Source: Planctomycetota bacterium
Lineage (GTDB): Bacteria > Planctomycetota > B15-G4
Length of the DNA stretch: 64,000 nucleotides
Assembly: GCA_029259745.1 (NCBI GenBank)
Contig: JAJDEO010000041.1
Coordinates: forward strand, 19,374-83,373
Direction: 5' to 3'
The position numbers and the translations under genes are program-made. Positions within the stretch are counted from its first letter, which is position 1. Each line of letters starts with the position of its first letter. Of the stretch, positions 54,625-64,000 are shown one piece after another. The notes under the pieces are model-generated. The model did no database searches. It was not told the origin of the DNA and worked only from the letters and a program-made list of their open reading frames with translations.

Positions 54625-56445
54625 GTGCGCTCGTTTCTCTCCCGAAGAGGCCCGCTCATGGTCTGTCCCGTTCTCCGTCGTTGGCGCTCGGCGCTGGCGA
54701 TCTCGCTCCTCGCGTGCTTTGCCCAGGCCGGCACCGAGTCACTCCCCGGCCTCGTCAAGGCGGCGCCGCGCGGACTGTCCGAAGCCTTCGACGTCGGGGC
54801 CGCGACGACGCAGCACCTCGCGCTGCCCTTCCACGCCACGGCGCCGGTGTCGATCCCCGTGATGCTCGGCGGTGAGTCCTACACGCTCGACGTCGCGCCC
54901 TATTCGGTGCGCTCGTCGAAGTTCGAGGTGCTCGTGCAGGTCGAGGACGGATCGCTGATCCCGTTCGACGTCGGCGCGCCGACGACCGTGCGCGGTGTCG
55001 TGCGCGACGTGCCCGGCTCGATCGTCGCCGGCAACATGTCCGAAGGTCGTCTCACGGCAACGGTCGGCCTGCACCCCGACGACATGCTGTGGGGTATCCA
55101 GCCGCGCTCGGACGTCGACAGCACGGCGCCCGCGTCGGAGCACATCGTCTACTCGAGCCTCGACCGTCTCGCGAGCGATCACTCCTGCGGCAACGATCAC
55201 GCCACCGAGCGCGACGACGTCGACCACGGCCAGACGCCCGCCGCGTCCGACCTCGGCGACGGCGGCAACTTCGTGATCTGCGAGATCGGCATCGACACCG
55301 ACGTGCAGTATTACAACCTCAACGGCAGCTCGATCACGCAGACCGAGAACGACATCGAGTCGATCATCAACTCGACCGATGCGATCTACTCGATCGACGC
55401 GCAGATCCGCTACGAGATCACGACGATCATCGTGCGCACGGCCGAGCCCGACCCCTACTCGTCAACGACGAGCCCGAGCAGTCTGCTGAACCAGTTCGAC
55501 AGCCACTGGTCGTCGAGCCAGCAGGGTGTCCAGCGCGACATCGCGCATCTGTTCACGGGTCGCGACCTCGATGGCGGCGTCATCGGCATCGCGAAGCTGT
55601 CGCAGATCTGCAGCCAGAACAACGGCTACGGCCTGAGTCAGTCGCGCTTCACGAGCAACTTCACGAGCCGCGTCGCGCTGACGGCCCATGAACTCGGACA
55701 CAACTGGTCGGCGTCGCACTGCAACAGTGTCTCCGACTGTCGGATCATGTGCTCGGGGCTCGGTGGCTGCACGGGTGTCGTGACGTCGTTCGCGCCGGTG
55801 AGCATCAACTCGATCAACAACGAGAAGAACTCGTCGGGCTGCCTCGGCCCCGGTTCGCCGCCGGCCCCGCCGTCGATCAGTCAGGTCTCGCCCGAAGCCA
55901 ACAATCTCTTCGGCCCTTCGATCACGCCGATCGAGATCATCGGCCAGAACCTGTCCTTCGTGACGTCGGTGACGGTTGATGGCGTCGTGTTTTCCCAAGG
56001 ACAGTTCGACGTCGTGACGAACGCGCGCATCACGCTGACGCCGCCGACGCCGACGGTGCTCGGAACGGTCAACGTGCAGCTCGACAGCCCGTTCGGCGCG
56101 AGCAGTGTCGCGTCCTTCGAGTGGACGGCACCACCGACCATCCTGTCGACGTCTGGCATCGCCGTCTCGACGTTCGATCACGCATGGAATTACGGCGGCC
56201 CCGTGGCCGACACGGCCTTCCTCGTGATCAGCCTCGCGCCGGGCGTCGTCCCCTTCCAAGGCTTCGACGTCCTCGCGGCGCCGATCGTGCTCAACATCGA
56301 CACGCTCGACGACTTCGGCCTCGGCGACTACACGCTCAACCTGCCGGGCGCCGCGTCCGGCGTGACGTTCTACTCACAGGTCGTGACGTACGACACGGCT
56401 GTGACCGGAACGAGCAACGTGAGCCAGACGCTGGTTGTCTTCTGA
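54625..56445 (+). CDS. Secreted reprolysin/ADAM-like (M12B-type) metzincin metalloprotease with a C-terminal sorting-like domain
   Basis: A signal-peptide-like N-terminus is present. The zinc motif is HELGHNWSASHCN (HExxHxxGxxH). The C-terminal 100 aa resemble the C-termini of 19812..21353 and 29771..32755. Its GC is lower than the flanking DNA. Confidence 0.65.
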   Translation: MRSFLSRRGPLMVCPVLRRWRSALAISLLACFAQAGTESLPGLVKAAPRGLSEAFDVGAATTQHLALPFHATAPVSIPVMLGGESYTLDVAPYSVRSSKFEVLVQVEDGSLIPFDVGAPTTVRGVVRDVPGSIVAGNMSEGRLTATVGLHPDDMLWGIQPRSDVDSTAPASEHIVYSSLDRLASDHSCGNDHATERDDVDHGQTPAASDLGDGGNFVICEIGIDTDVQYYNLNGSSITQTENDIESIINSTDAIYSIDAQIRYEITTIIVRTAEPDPYSSTTSPSSLLNQFDSHWSSSQQGVQRDIAHLFTGRDLDGGVIGIAKLSQICSQNNGYGLSQSRFTSNFTSRVALTAHELGHNWSASHCNSVSDCRIMCSGLGGCTGVVTSFAPVSINSINNEKNSSGCLGPGSPPAPPSISQVSPEANNLFGPSITPIEIIGQNLSFVTSVTVDGVVFSQGQFDVVTNARITLTPPTPTVLGTVNVQLDSPFGASSVASFEWTAPPTILSTSGIAVSTFDHAWNYGGPVADTAFLVISLAPGVVPFQGFDVLAAPIVLNIDTLDDFGLGDYTLNLPGAASGVTFYSQVVTYDTAVTGTSNVSQTLVVF

Positions 56446-56477
56446 GCCGGATTAGCAGCGCTCTTCGTCAAACGTAC

Positions 56478-56516
56478 GACAGCCCCTCGGGACGCCTACG
56501 CGTTCCGGGGGGCTGT
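56478..56516. terminator. Putative bidirectional hairpin between convergent genes
   Basis: A GC-rich inverted repeat (GACAGCCCC … GGGGCTGT) with a loop of about 22 nt lies between the ends of 54625..56445 (+) and 56520..56909 (-). No T-tract follows, as is usual in high-GC genomes. Confidence 0.3.
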
Positions 56517-56519
56517 TCG

Positions 56520-56909
56520 TCATTCCGGCGCGCCGTGCGCACCGTGGTAGAGGACCTGCGTGATGTAGAGCGGGTTGCCGTCGGGGTCGGCGAAGTAGGC
56601 GAAGCGGACGAACTCGTCTTCCACGATGGGCGCCGGGAAGACGACGCCCCGCTCGGTCAGCGTCGCCATGACGTCCTCGAGCGGCTCGGTCACGTTGAAC
56701 CCGATCGCCATCGATCCGACCGTCCCGGCTTCCGCCGTCTTGCCCGGCACGACGGGGTGCAGCCCGATCATCACGCCGGGACCCGCGTCGATCTCGGCCC
56801 AGTGATCCGACGCCCGCATGCTCAGCTTGAGGCCGAGCGTCTCGGTGTAGAAGTCGACCGAGCGATTGAAGTCCGCGACGTAGAGCGTCGTGTTGCCGCC
56901 GTTGATCAT
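56520..56909 (-). CDS. VOC family protein (glyoxalase / bleomycin resistance / dioxygenase fold)
   Basis: The ORF-track ORF was trimmed to MINGGNTTLYVADFNRSVDFYTETLGLKL, with a repeat of the beta-alpha-beta-beta-beta module. Confidence 0.65.
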   Translation of the reverse strand: MINGGNTTLYVADFNRSVDFYTETLGLKLSMRASDHWAEIDAGPGVMIGLHPVVPGKTAEAGTVGSMAIGFNVTEPLEDVMATLTERGVVFPAPIVEDEFVRFAYFADPDGNPLYITQVLYHGAHGAPE

Positions 56910-57387
56910 GTCAGGATCCTCCGGGAATGAATGTCTGCGGCCGAGGACCGCCGCGTCGAGTGTCGGCGACGCATCGACGCACGGCAAGCGGCGCGGCTGG
57001 CATGGCCCGCGAGGAAACGGGACCCGCCGGCGCCGGAGCGCGACATTCTGGAGGTCGACAGAGCGGCGTGTTCCCCCAGGGCCCGTGCATCCCTTGATCT
57101 CGTCGATGCCCGGAACGCGAGGGCGACCGGGGCCAGCAGGCACTCGACCACTGTGCGACCAGTGGCTACCCGCTCGATCACGCCATCGATCGGTTGCTCG
57201 AGTTCGCTGCCCGCGCGAAAAGTCACTTCACCGGCATCGAGAATCGGGCGCAACGCCCGCGACGACGCCGTCGCGCAACGGCGCACGCGGTCCGATGTGC
57301 TCGAGGAACGCGACGCCGCGCGCCAGCTCAAACCGGCGAGCGCGACCGGCACGTCGACCACACGTTCACGTCATGGCGTCACTGCCG

Positions 57388-58359
57388 TCAGCCCCGCCGT
57401 AGCTTCGCGATGAGTTCGTCGGAGAGTTCGCGCACGACGAAGAGCGGCGAGCGGTCTTCGTCGTCGGAGCGCTCGAGCACGTCGAGCACGCGGTCGGCGA
57501 GGCCGGCCATGCGCGCGGCGATCTGGTCTTTCTGACCGAGCGTCGTCGAAGCTCCGACGATCGTGGCTCCTGAGTTCGCCAGGATGTCGGGCACGAACGT
57601 GATCCCGCGTGCGTGGAGACGCTTGGCGTCGTCGTCGCTCGCGAGCGGGTTGTTTGCGCCGCCACAGACGACCTGGCAGTGAAGCAACGGAATCGTGAAA
57701 TCGTCGAGGACGCCACCCATCGCACAGGGCGCGAAGACGTCGCACGGCGTCTCGTAGATCTCCTCGGGATCGACGTAATCGAAGCCCGCGACGGGATGCA
57801 CGTCCGCAGCAACGACATCGACGCCCTTCTTCTTGAGGCGCATCGCGAGCCGCAGACCGACGGCACCGAGCCCTTGCACGGCTACGGTTTCGGGCTTCGG
57901 CACGACGGCGCGCATGGTCAGGTCGATGCTCTCGGCCGTAGCCGAGGCGAGACCATCGGGCGCGACGTACTGCGTCGCGGAAGCGAGCACATCGGCGTCA
58001 TCTTCCGTGAAGCCGTAGTCGGGGCCACACCAGTAGCGCCCCCCGAGCGTCTCGACGAACTCACCGAGTTCACGCACCGCCGCTGTGCGATCGAACTCGG
58101 CATCCGACGGAATCGACATCACCGTCTTGCCGCCGCCGCCAGCGATGCCGGCCATGACGACCTTGCGACTCATCGCGATCGCGAGTTCTTTCGCATCGTC
58201 GAGCGCCGCCTTCTCGGAGTTGTAAGACGTGATGCGAATCCCACCGAACGCGTGACCACCAATCACCGCATGCAGGGCGACGAATGCGACCGCCCCTCCA
58301 CACTCCACGCGGTAGACCTCGTCGAACCCAGCGACCTCGATCGTGTCGGACCTCAACAC
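57388..58359 (-). CDS. Glu/Leu/Phe/Val amino-acid dehydrogenase family protein
   Basis: The catalytic-Lys region is GIAGGGGKTV. The Rossmann motif is VAVQGLGAVGLRLAMRL. Confidence 0.7.
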   Translation of the reverse strand: MLRSDTIEVAGFDEVYRVECGGAVAFVALHAVIGGHAFGGIRITSYNSEKAALDDAKELAIAMSRKVVMAGIAGGGGKTVMSIPSDAEFDRTAAVRELGEFVETLGGRYWCGPDYGFTEDDADVLASATQYVAPDGLASATAESIDLTMRAVVPKPETVAVQGLGAVGLRLAMRLKKKGVDVVAADVHPVAGFDYVDPEEIYETPCDVFAPCAMGGVLDDFTIPLLHCQVVCGGANNPLASDDDAKRLHARGITFVPDILANSGATIVGASTTLGQKDQIAARMAGLADRVLDVLERSDDEDRSPLFVVRELSDELIAKLRRG

Positions 58360-58476
58360 CAGACCTCCTCAAGCCCGCGATTTGGAAAACAACTTCGTAC
58401 GCACTATGCGTGACCGTGTGTCCTTCATCGCGCAGGCGGCAGAGGAAGGGACTGACAGGACGGCGGACAGTGTACG

Positions 58477-60459
58477 TCACGCGGTGCCAGACTCACGCGA
58501 CGACCGCCCGAGGGTTCGTGTCGCCCAGATCACGGCCGGCAGGGAGACGGCGCCGATGACCACCGACCAGACAAGCGACGAGTGCTCGTCGAGGAGCCAG
58601 AAGCCGACGCCCAGCATCGAGGCATAGACGAGAGCCAGGCTGGAAAGCGTCCCGACGATCACGGCCGGCCCGTCGCGTGGCACCACGACGTCCGGCGCCA
58701 AACGCGCCACGGGGCCCCACCAACCCAAAGGACGAACTCGTCGGTAGAAGTCGACGAGGAGCGTCGGGTCGGGCTTGCGCGCCCAGGTGGCCAGCGCGGC
58801 CACGAGCATCGAGACGGCGACGACCACCACGAGGCGCCCCTCGATGGTGAGATCCCCGCCGGGGGAAAGGGCCCCGAGCTGCCAGTCGATCTCGCGCAGC
58901 GGCGACCACTCCTCGCGCCAGACGGTGATCGCGACGGTCGTGACACTCGAGGCGATCATCGCCGCGATCTCCGTCACTGCCGTCACCCGCCACCAGAGCC
59001 AGCGCATGGCGTACACCGGACCGACGCCGCCGAGGAACGCGAGGAAGAACGTGAAGAGGCCTTTGATCGACGTCGAGTAGTAGGCCATCACGGCGCCGAG
59101 CACGAGCACCACGACACCCGCTAGGCGCGCCACGGTGACGTAGTGACGCGGGGCGCGGTCGGGAGCGATGAACCGACGGTAGACGTCGTTGACGAAGAAG
59201 GAACTCGCGAGGTTCACGTGCGTGTCGATCGTCGACATGAAGGCTGCGATGAGTGACGCGACGACGAGCCCGAGCACGCCCGTCGGAAGCAGGCGCGCCA
59301 TCATCTCGGGGTAGGCGAGTTCGGAGTTCGTCGCGGCGACGACCTGGCCGATCGCGACCGTGTCGCCCACGCCGACGAGCGCGCGCGGCGACCACGTGTC
59401 GGCCGTCGACCAAGCAACCTCGAGCGCCTCGCCGCCCGCCAGCGGGTTGATCGTGACGAGGCCGTCGGCCACCGAGGCGACGAGGCCCGCCATGGGCGCA
59501 GCGACTTCGGCGTGCGGCAGCAGCACGAGCGACGCCAGCGCGACGGCGATCCAAGGCCAGGGTCGCAGCGCGTAGTTCGCGACGTTGAACCACAGAGCCG
59601 CGAGCATGCCGTGGCGTTCGTCCCGACACGCGGCCAGGCGCTGCACGACGACACCGCCGCCGTCGATGCCATCCTTGGCCCACCACGAGACGCCGAGATT
59701 CACGGCGAACGCGACCAACGGTGCCGTCCAGAAAGCCGACGACATCCACGTGCCTTCACCCGGCGGCGGCACGAACGCGAGCACGGTGTCCTTCCACCCG
59801 CCGACCTCCGCCGCTTCGAGGATCCCGCCGGTACCTCCGGCTGCGTCCCAGGCCAGAACCGCGATCCAGATAGCCCCGACCATGGCGATCACGAACTGCA
59901 GCATGTCTGTGAGCACGACGCCCCAGAGCCCCGCGAGCAGCGAGTAGACCATGCCGATCGAGCAGGCGACGACGAGCGCCGTCAGCTTGTCGACGTCCAG
60001 CAGCACGTCGATGATGCCCGCGGCCGCGAGCAGCACCCAGCTCAGCGTGAGCGTGTTCGTGATGCCGGCGTGGAAGACGCCGAGGAACCCGCGCAACATG
60101 CGCGCCGACTTGCCGCCATAGCGGAGCTCGGCAAACTCGGCCGTCGTCATCACTCCGCCGCGGCGCCACAGGCGCGCGAAGAGGAAGACGGTCAGCAGCC
60201 CGCCGACGGCGAAGCACCACCAGAGCCAGTTCCGCCAGATGCCCTCGTCGCGGACGATGCCGGTGACGAAGAGCGGCGTGTCGGCGGCGAAGGTCGTGGC
60301 GACCATCGACGTCCCGGCGACCCACCACGGCAGCGTGCGCCCCGTGAGAAAGAACTCGTCGACCGACTGACTGGCCCGGCGCGCGAAGATCACGCCGACT
60401 GCAAGAGCGAACACCACGTAGGCCGCGACGACGGCACCGTCGATCCAGGTCCAAGTCAT
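58477..60459 (-). CDS. Sodium:solute symporter family (SSF) transporter
   Basis: The ORF-track ORF was trimmed to MTWTWIDGAVVAAYVVFALAVG. It has about 13 predicted TM helices and SSF-like N-terminal consensus. Confidence 0.7.
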   Translation of the reverse strand: MTWTWIDGAVVAAYVVFALAVGVIFARRASQSVDEFFLTGRTLPWWVAGTSMVATTFAADTPLFVTGIVRDEGIWRNWLWWCFAVGGLLTVFLFARLWRRGGVMTTAEFAELRYGGKSARMLRGFLGVFHAGITNTLTLSWVLLAAAGIIDVLLDVDKLTALVVACSIGMVYSLLAGLWGVVLTDMLQFVIAMVGAIWIAVLAWDAAGGTGGILEAAEVGGWKDTVLAFVPPPGEGTWMSSAFWTAPLVAFAVNLGVSWWAKDGIDGGGVVVQRLAACRDERHGMLAALWFNVANYALRPWPWIAVALASLVLLPHAEVAAPMAGLVASVADGLVTINPLAGGEALEVAWSTADTWSPRALVGVGDTVAIGQVVAATNSELAYPEMMARLLPTGVLGLVVASLIAAFMSTIDTHVNLASSFFVNDVYRRFIAPDRAPRHYVTVARLAGVVVLVLGAVMAYYSTSIKGLFTFFLAFLGGVGPVYAMRWLWWRVTAVTEIAAMIASSVTTVAITVWREEWSPLREIDWQLGALSPGGDLTIEGRLVVVVAVSMLVAALATWARKPDPTLLVDFYRRVRPLGWWGPVARLAPDVVVPRDGPAVIVGTLSSLALVYASMLGVGFWLLDEHSSLVWSVVIGAVSLPAVIWATRTLGRSSRESGTA

Positions 60460-60566
60460 GGGCGGCGAGGGTATCAGACCATGAACGACGGCAGGCGCCG
60501 AGCCGACGAATCGACCCGACGCCTGCACATGCAGGATCCGCTTCCGGCGTCAGACGCCGCGCGCGA

Positions 60567-60968
60567 TCAGGGGTTGATGCGGACGGCCTTGCCGCGCACC
60601 GTCGACGTCTGGTTCTTCCAGAGGAAGTAGCTCGTCACGTCGTTGTGGTAGCGCGGGGCGATGAGTGCATCGGCGCCGGGCACCGAGGCGATGGCGTTGT
60701 ACACGGCCGCCTGCTCGATCGGGTCGGGAAGACCGATGGCGCCGCCACCCGTCGAGCCGCGACGGTTGACGTCACCGAGCGTAAACAGGCCCAGAATGAC
60801 CGTACCGCTGGCCGTGCCCTCAGCATCCCCGACGACGTCGTAGGACGCTCCCGTCGACATGCCGCCGAGCGGCGTGCCGCCCGGGACAGCCACGTGCGTG
60901 CTCGCGCAACCGACGGCGAGCAGGGCAAGGAGTGAAAGCGACAGGACGTTGCGAAGTGCGTTGTTCAT
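60567..60968 (-). CDS. Small lipoprotein (TRL-like)
   Basis: The lipobox is LLALLAVGCAS. Gly-rich beta segments include GTVILGLFTLGD. Confidence 0.5.
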   Translation of the reverse strand: MNNALRNVLSLSLLALLAVGCASTHVAVPGGTPLGGMSTGASYDVVGDAEGTASGTVILGLFTLGDVNRRGSTGGGAIGLPDPIEQAAVYNAIASVPGADALIAPRYHNDVTSYFLWKNQTSTVRGKAVRINP

Positions 60969-61184
60969 GAAATAGATCCCTCTCTTCTGCGGCGATGAGA
61001 TCGCCGATCTGTGTCAGCGAAACGTCGCCGAAAACCATGGAATGAACGGCACGCTCGCAGCGGCCGTTCAGAGTCAACCGCATGTCCCGGGGAAACCCCG
61101 GGACCCGTTGCGCACGACCATACTCAGCCGCGATCCGCGGTGAAGAGGTTTTCGCGCGTGTACCGAAGATCGGGACCCGGCTGA

Positions 61185-61931
61185 TCAGACCCGGAGACGG
61201 TGGTCGTGGAGTTGGTCGTAGTACGGACGGCAGGCGTCGTGGAGCGATGCGAGGTCCGTCGGCAGCGCTTCGGTCTTCGGGCGATAGGCGCCGAAGCCCG
61301 TCGAGTCGTCGACCGACGAGTACCAGTGCCGTGCCCAGATCCCGTCACTGTCACGTGAGCCTGCCGGCCATGAGAGCATGGCGCCGTCGAACGCGACGCC
61401 CACGGCTGCACAGAGCGCGCGCAGCTGCCCCTCGGGATTCTCGAGCACGTCGCGCGAGTCGAGCACCGGCGGCGTCCGCCCCGTGGCGCGCATCTCGTCG
61501 AACAACGCGACCTGCTGGGGAAGGCCCGTGTCCTCGATGCGCGGGTTGGGGATGTTGCGCACCAGCGAAAGCAACATCTCCTTGGGGTCGCGGATCAGGA
61601 ACGCGTGCTCGAGCTGGCCGAGCCAAGAGCGGTCGATTTCGGGCAGCAGATGGTGCGCCATGTGCTTCTGGTACCAGACCGTGCACCCGTTCGGGATCGG
61701 CCCGACGAGCGCCGACGTCACGCTGCGCCAGTCGGAGTCGTGGTGGTCGATCACCTCTTGTGCGCCTGGATGGTCGACGCCCGTCACGCGCAAGTAGTTC
61801 GCGTAGAGAGGCTCGTCCCAGACCGCCGTGTCGGAGCGATTCTCCCAAGCCCGCATGAGAGCCGTGGAGATGTTGCGTGGACCCGACCACATGGCGATGC
61901 GAACGGGTGTCTTGGTCGCTGAGTCAGTCAT
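61185..61931 (-). CDS. Sulfotransferase-family protein (P-loop-like, about 250 aa)
   Basis: The N-terminus VRIAMWSGPRNISTALMRAWENRSDTAVWDEPLYANYL matches the conserved start of this bacterial sulfotransferase-like family. Confidence 0.55.
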   Translation of the reverse strand: MTDSATKTPVRIAMWSGPRNISTALMRAWENRSDTAVWDEPLYANYLRVTGVDHPGAQEVIDHHDSDWRSVTSALVGPIPNGCTVWYQKHMAHHLLPEIDRSWLGQLEHAFLIRDPKEMLLSLVRNIPNPRIEDTGLPQQVALFDEMRATGRTPPVLDSRDVLENPEGQLRALCAAVGVAFDGAMLSWPAGSRDSDGIWARHWYSSVDDSTGFGAYRPKTEALPTDLASLHDACRPYYDQLHDHRLRV

Positions 61932-62033
61932 GGCGCGAGATCGTACCGCGGTCAGGCGGGATGGGCACGGACGAGGATTCCGTGACAGGACATGCGCCGG
62001 GGCCGCCGCGGGCGGGTCGCCGAACCACCTTGC

Positions 62034-64000
62034 TCACGGCCTCGAGATGATCTGCTCGAAACGCACGTTTCCACGCAAAGAGGCCCATTCGCGCGCTTGA
62101 CGGACGTAGTCCAGTGCCCCGAACCCGAGCGCGAGGCCTTGCGCAAGGCGGTCCACTGCACGCCCCTGGAGTTCAGCTCGTGTGGCATCGTCGCGGGCGA
62201 GTTCGGCGCAGCCGGCGAAGAGTTCTCCGGACGACACGGCGATGAGGGCATCGTCGAGAGCGGACGCAGGAATCGCTTCCGCGAGCGCCAACGCCTCGGA
62301 AAACTCGCCGAGTGCGAGACGGCCGTAGGCCTCCTGAATCTGCGCCCAACGCAGGGCATGAGCCATGTCGTCGAGCTCGGGAACGACCTCAAGCACGGCA
62401 GCGGCGGCACGCGCAGCACGGGACGCGGGCTCACAGGCTTCAGCCCGACGATCGAGCTGGACAAGCGATACGGCGAGATTCGTCAACGCCCGCGCAGAGG
62501 TTTCGAGGACGTCGAGTCGGTTGGGGTGTCGCGCACACCAACGCTCGGCCTCGTCGGCAGCCTGCCGGAAGCGCTCGTGCGCGGCAGACTCGTCGCCGCG
62601 CTGACTGAGGCTCATCGCAAGTTCGCTGAGCAGACCGACGCGGACTTGACTGTAGAAGACGCGCTCCGGGAAAGCCGCAGCGAGGTCATCGATGAGCGCC
62701 AATCCGCGTCGCAAGACATCCTCACTCGCGCTTGCCGACAGAAACTTGGGCGCGAGGCTGCAGGCGGCGGCGGCCTCGAGCGCGGCATCGCTACGGTTCG
62801 GATTCTCAGTCACCAGGGACATGGCGAGCGCGAGCCCGCGCTCAAAGGATTCTGCGGCCACGGGATCCGCGAGCGCGATCGGCGTCCCGACGAGCTTCAA
62901 CTGCTCGCCGAACCCCACGACCCGCGCGCGCCAGACCAACGCCGCGGCGAGTCCGAGTCGGGCATCCCCGTCCGGGTCACCTCCGGCGGTTGTTGCAAAG
63001 TGTCGCTCCGCCACTTCACACGCGGGATCAGCCGCCGCACGCGCATCTTCTCTCCGCCCGCTCCGGACAAACGCACGGGAAGCATTGCGAAGGCTGACAG
63101 CCTCGGCGTCATAGAGCGGCTCTCCGCCGACGCGCGCGCGCGCCACCGCGTCGAGGAAGACGTCCGTCGCCTCGCTCGTCCGCCCCATCGTCATGAGCAG
63201 GTTGCCGTAATCATTGCGCAAACCGATGGCGTCACGTGGATCCAGGCGGCCGACTTCCGAAGCAGCGAGGGCCTCGAGGAAGTGATGCTCGGCGGCTTCA
63301 TGCGTGCCTGTCGTCCCTTCGACCTCGCCCAGCGCACCATGGATGCGTGCCCATTGACCTTCGAGCGACACGTCGCCGGGACGTTGCTCACGCATCGACT
63401 CAAGCGTGGCATGCGCGGCGCGTAGCAACGCGATGCGGTCGTCGTGTTTGCCTGGAGCGTGGGCGAGGAAGTCCTGGCCGAGCCGCCACACGAGCGTGTC
63501 GACGGATGCGAGCAACCTGTCGAGGTTCGACTCGGCACGCACGTGCTCGGCCTCGATGCGGCGGGCCGCGAGCTGCTGCTGGACGGCGAAGACCGTTGGC
63601 CCGACGACGAGCAAGACGAGCAGCGCCGCGCGGGCTGGATGCCGTTGGATCCAACGCAGCGCGCGCGTCCACGCCCGCGCCGGTCGCGCCTCGATCGGGC
63701 GCCGCTCGAGGATGTTCCTGAGATCGCGGGCGAGACCCGCTGCGCTCGCATAGCGATCTTCGCGACGGTGGGCCAACGCTGTCTGTACGACAGTCTCGAC
63801 GTCACGGGGAAGACCGGGGCGCATCGCCCGCACCGTAGCCGTCTTGCCTGCGAGGATCGACGCACTGATCGCCTCGAGGTTCCCGACGTGAGGCGGCCGC
63901 AGCGTCAGCGCCTCGAAGAGCAAGGCCCCTGCACCGTAGACGTCACTGCGCTCATCGAGTTGTTCTCCACGCACCTGCTCGGGCGACATGTAGGCCAGCG
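62034..64000 (-). CDS. Serine/threonine protein kinase, C-terminal part (the gene continues beyond the window end), with a TM segment and a TPR-like C-terminal domain
   Basis: Kinase subdomains VIII-XI are visible (SPEQVRGEQLDERSDVYGAGALLFEALT…). A TM helix reads AALLVLLVVGPTVFAV. A long helical-repeat C-terminus follows. Confidence 0.75.
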   Translation of the reverse strand, partial: LAYMSPEQVRGEQLDERSDVYGAGALLFEALTLRPPHVGNLEAISASILAGKTATVRAMRPGLPRDVETVVQTALAHRREDRYASAAGLARDLRNILERRPIEARPARAWTRALRWIQRHPARAALLVLLVVGPTVFAVQQQLAARRIEAEHVRAESNLDRLLASVDTLVWRLGQDFLAHAPGKHDDRIALLRAAHATLESMREQRPGDVSLEGQWARIHGALGEVEGTTGTHEAAEHHFLEALAASEVGRLDPRDAIGLRNDYGNLLMTMGRTSEATDVFLDAVARARVGGEPLYDAEAVSLRNASRAFVRSGRREDARAAADPACEVAERHFATTAGGDPDGDARLGLAAALVWRARVVGFGEQLKLVGTPIALADPVAAESFERGLALAMSLVTENPNRSDAALEAAAACSLAPKFLSASASEDVLRRGLALIDDLAAAFPERVFYSQVRVGLLSELAMSLSQRGDESAAHERFRQAADEAERWCARHPNRLDVLETSARALTNLAVSLVQLDRRAEACEPASRAARAAAAVLEVVPELDDMAHALRWAQIQEAYGRLALGEFSEALALAEAIPASALDDALIAVSSGELFAGCAELARDDATRAELQGRAVDRLAQGLALGFGALDYVRQAREWASLRGNVRFEQIISRP

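Noticed and set aside
56906-57361. A 151-aa minus-strand ORF in the 480-bp gap between the VOC gene and the dehydrogenase gene
   Set aside because: Only the first ~50 residues look protein-like. The rest is Arg/Ser-rich with moderate GC3, and a competing plus-strand ORF is equally unconvincing. The gap probably holds promoter or regulatory DNA. A short gene cannot be excluded.
1-64000. CRISPR arrays, transposases, integrases and rRNA genes
   Set aside because: I saw no regularly spaced short direct repeats and no IS-like, tyrosine- or serine-recombinase-like or DDE-like ORF. The only repeat found is the 345-bp gene-fragment duplication reported above.

Overview
This is a 64 kb stretch of a high-GC (about 70%) diderm bacterial chromosome, densely packed with protein-coding genes. 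The start codons and products below come from reading the supplied six-frame ORF track and the raw sequence by eye; I ran no searches. Many ORF-track entries are arginine-rich antisense or N-terminal-extension artefacts, so I trimmed most genes to internal starts that show signal peptides, Shine-Dalgarno motifs or 4-nt stop/start overlaps. I found no rRNA, tRNA, CRISPR array, transposase or integrase.

Main blocks, in order:
- 1-5012 (minus strand): a translationally coupled envelope glycosylation operon, reading ABC ATPase, membrane permease-like protein, periplasmic protein, GT39/PMT-like membrane glycosyltransferase, then a membrane protein gene interrupted by an in-frame TGA.
- 5124-8664 (plus strand): an FHA-domain membrane protein followed by two tandem FG-GAP (integrin-alpha-like) beta-propeller proteins.
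- 8675-16279 (minus strand): a polysaccharide cluster with three GT4 glycosyltransferases, a Wzx-like flippase and an embedded 895-aa lipoprotein carrying a PHP/DUF3604-like domain.
- 16369-19364: a MobA-like nucleotidyltransferase, a single-cysteine ArsC/LMW-PTP-like protein, a RimK-like ATP-grasp ligase and a metallophosphoesterase.
- 19404-22250: a 2.4 kb segment bracketed by an intact copy and a degenerate copy of the metallophosphoesterase 3' end. It carries a DUF2007/zinc-ribbon ORF and a third FG-GAP protein.
- 22289-39759: an RNase HIII-like protein with a 200-aa C-terminal extension, followed by a secreted-hydrolase block. The block holds a GH42-like enzyme, an extracellular nuclease, an MBL-fold hydrolase, an HExxH protease with a PepSY propeptide, a sialate O-acetylesterase, an aldehyde dehydrogenase and an Old Yellow Enzyme.
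- 40027-48279: an ECF sigma factor, a serine hydrolase, a DUF1080 protein, an acyltransferase, a TlpA-like protein and a GAF-Fis regulator.
- 48289-54433 (minus strand): a six-gene redox operon. Three different Rieske [2Fe-2S] domains are fused to a ferric-reductase-type membrane domain, a TPP-dependent enzyme and a glutamate-synthase-type FMN domain.
- 54625-64000: a reprolysin-like metzincin, a VOC protein, an amino-acid dehydrogenase, a sodium:solute symporter, a lipoprotein, a sulfotransferase-family protein and the C-terminal part of a Ser/Thr kinase.

The three findings I rate highest are:
1. The Rieske-fusion operon, which looks like an undescribed electron-transfer module.
2. A conserved C-terminal module of about 90-100 aa shared by three unrelated secreted proteins, probably a secretion or sorting domain.
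3. The duplicated gene fragment bracketing the 2.4 kb segment, which looks like the scar of an insertion.
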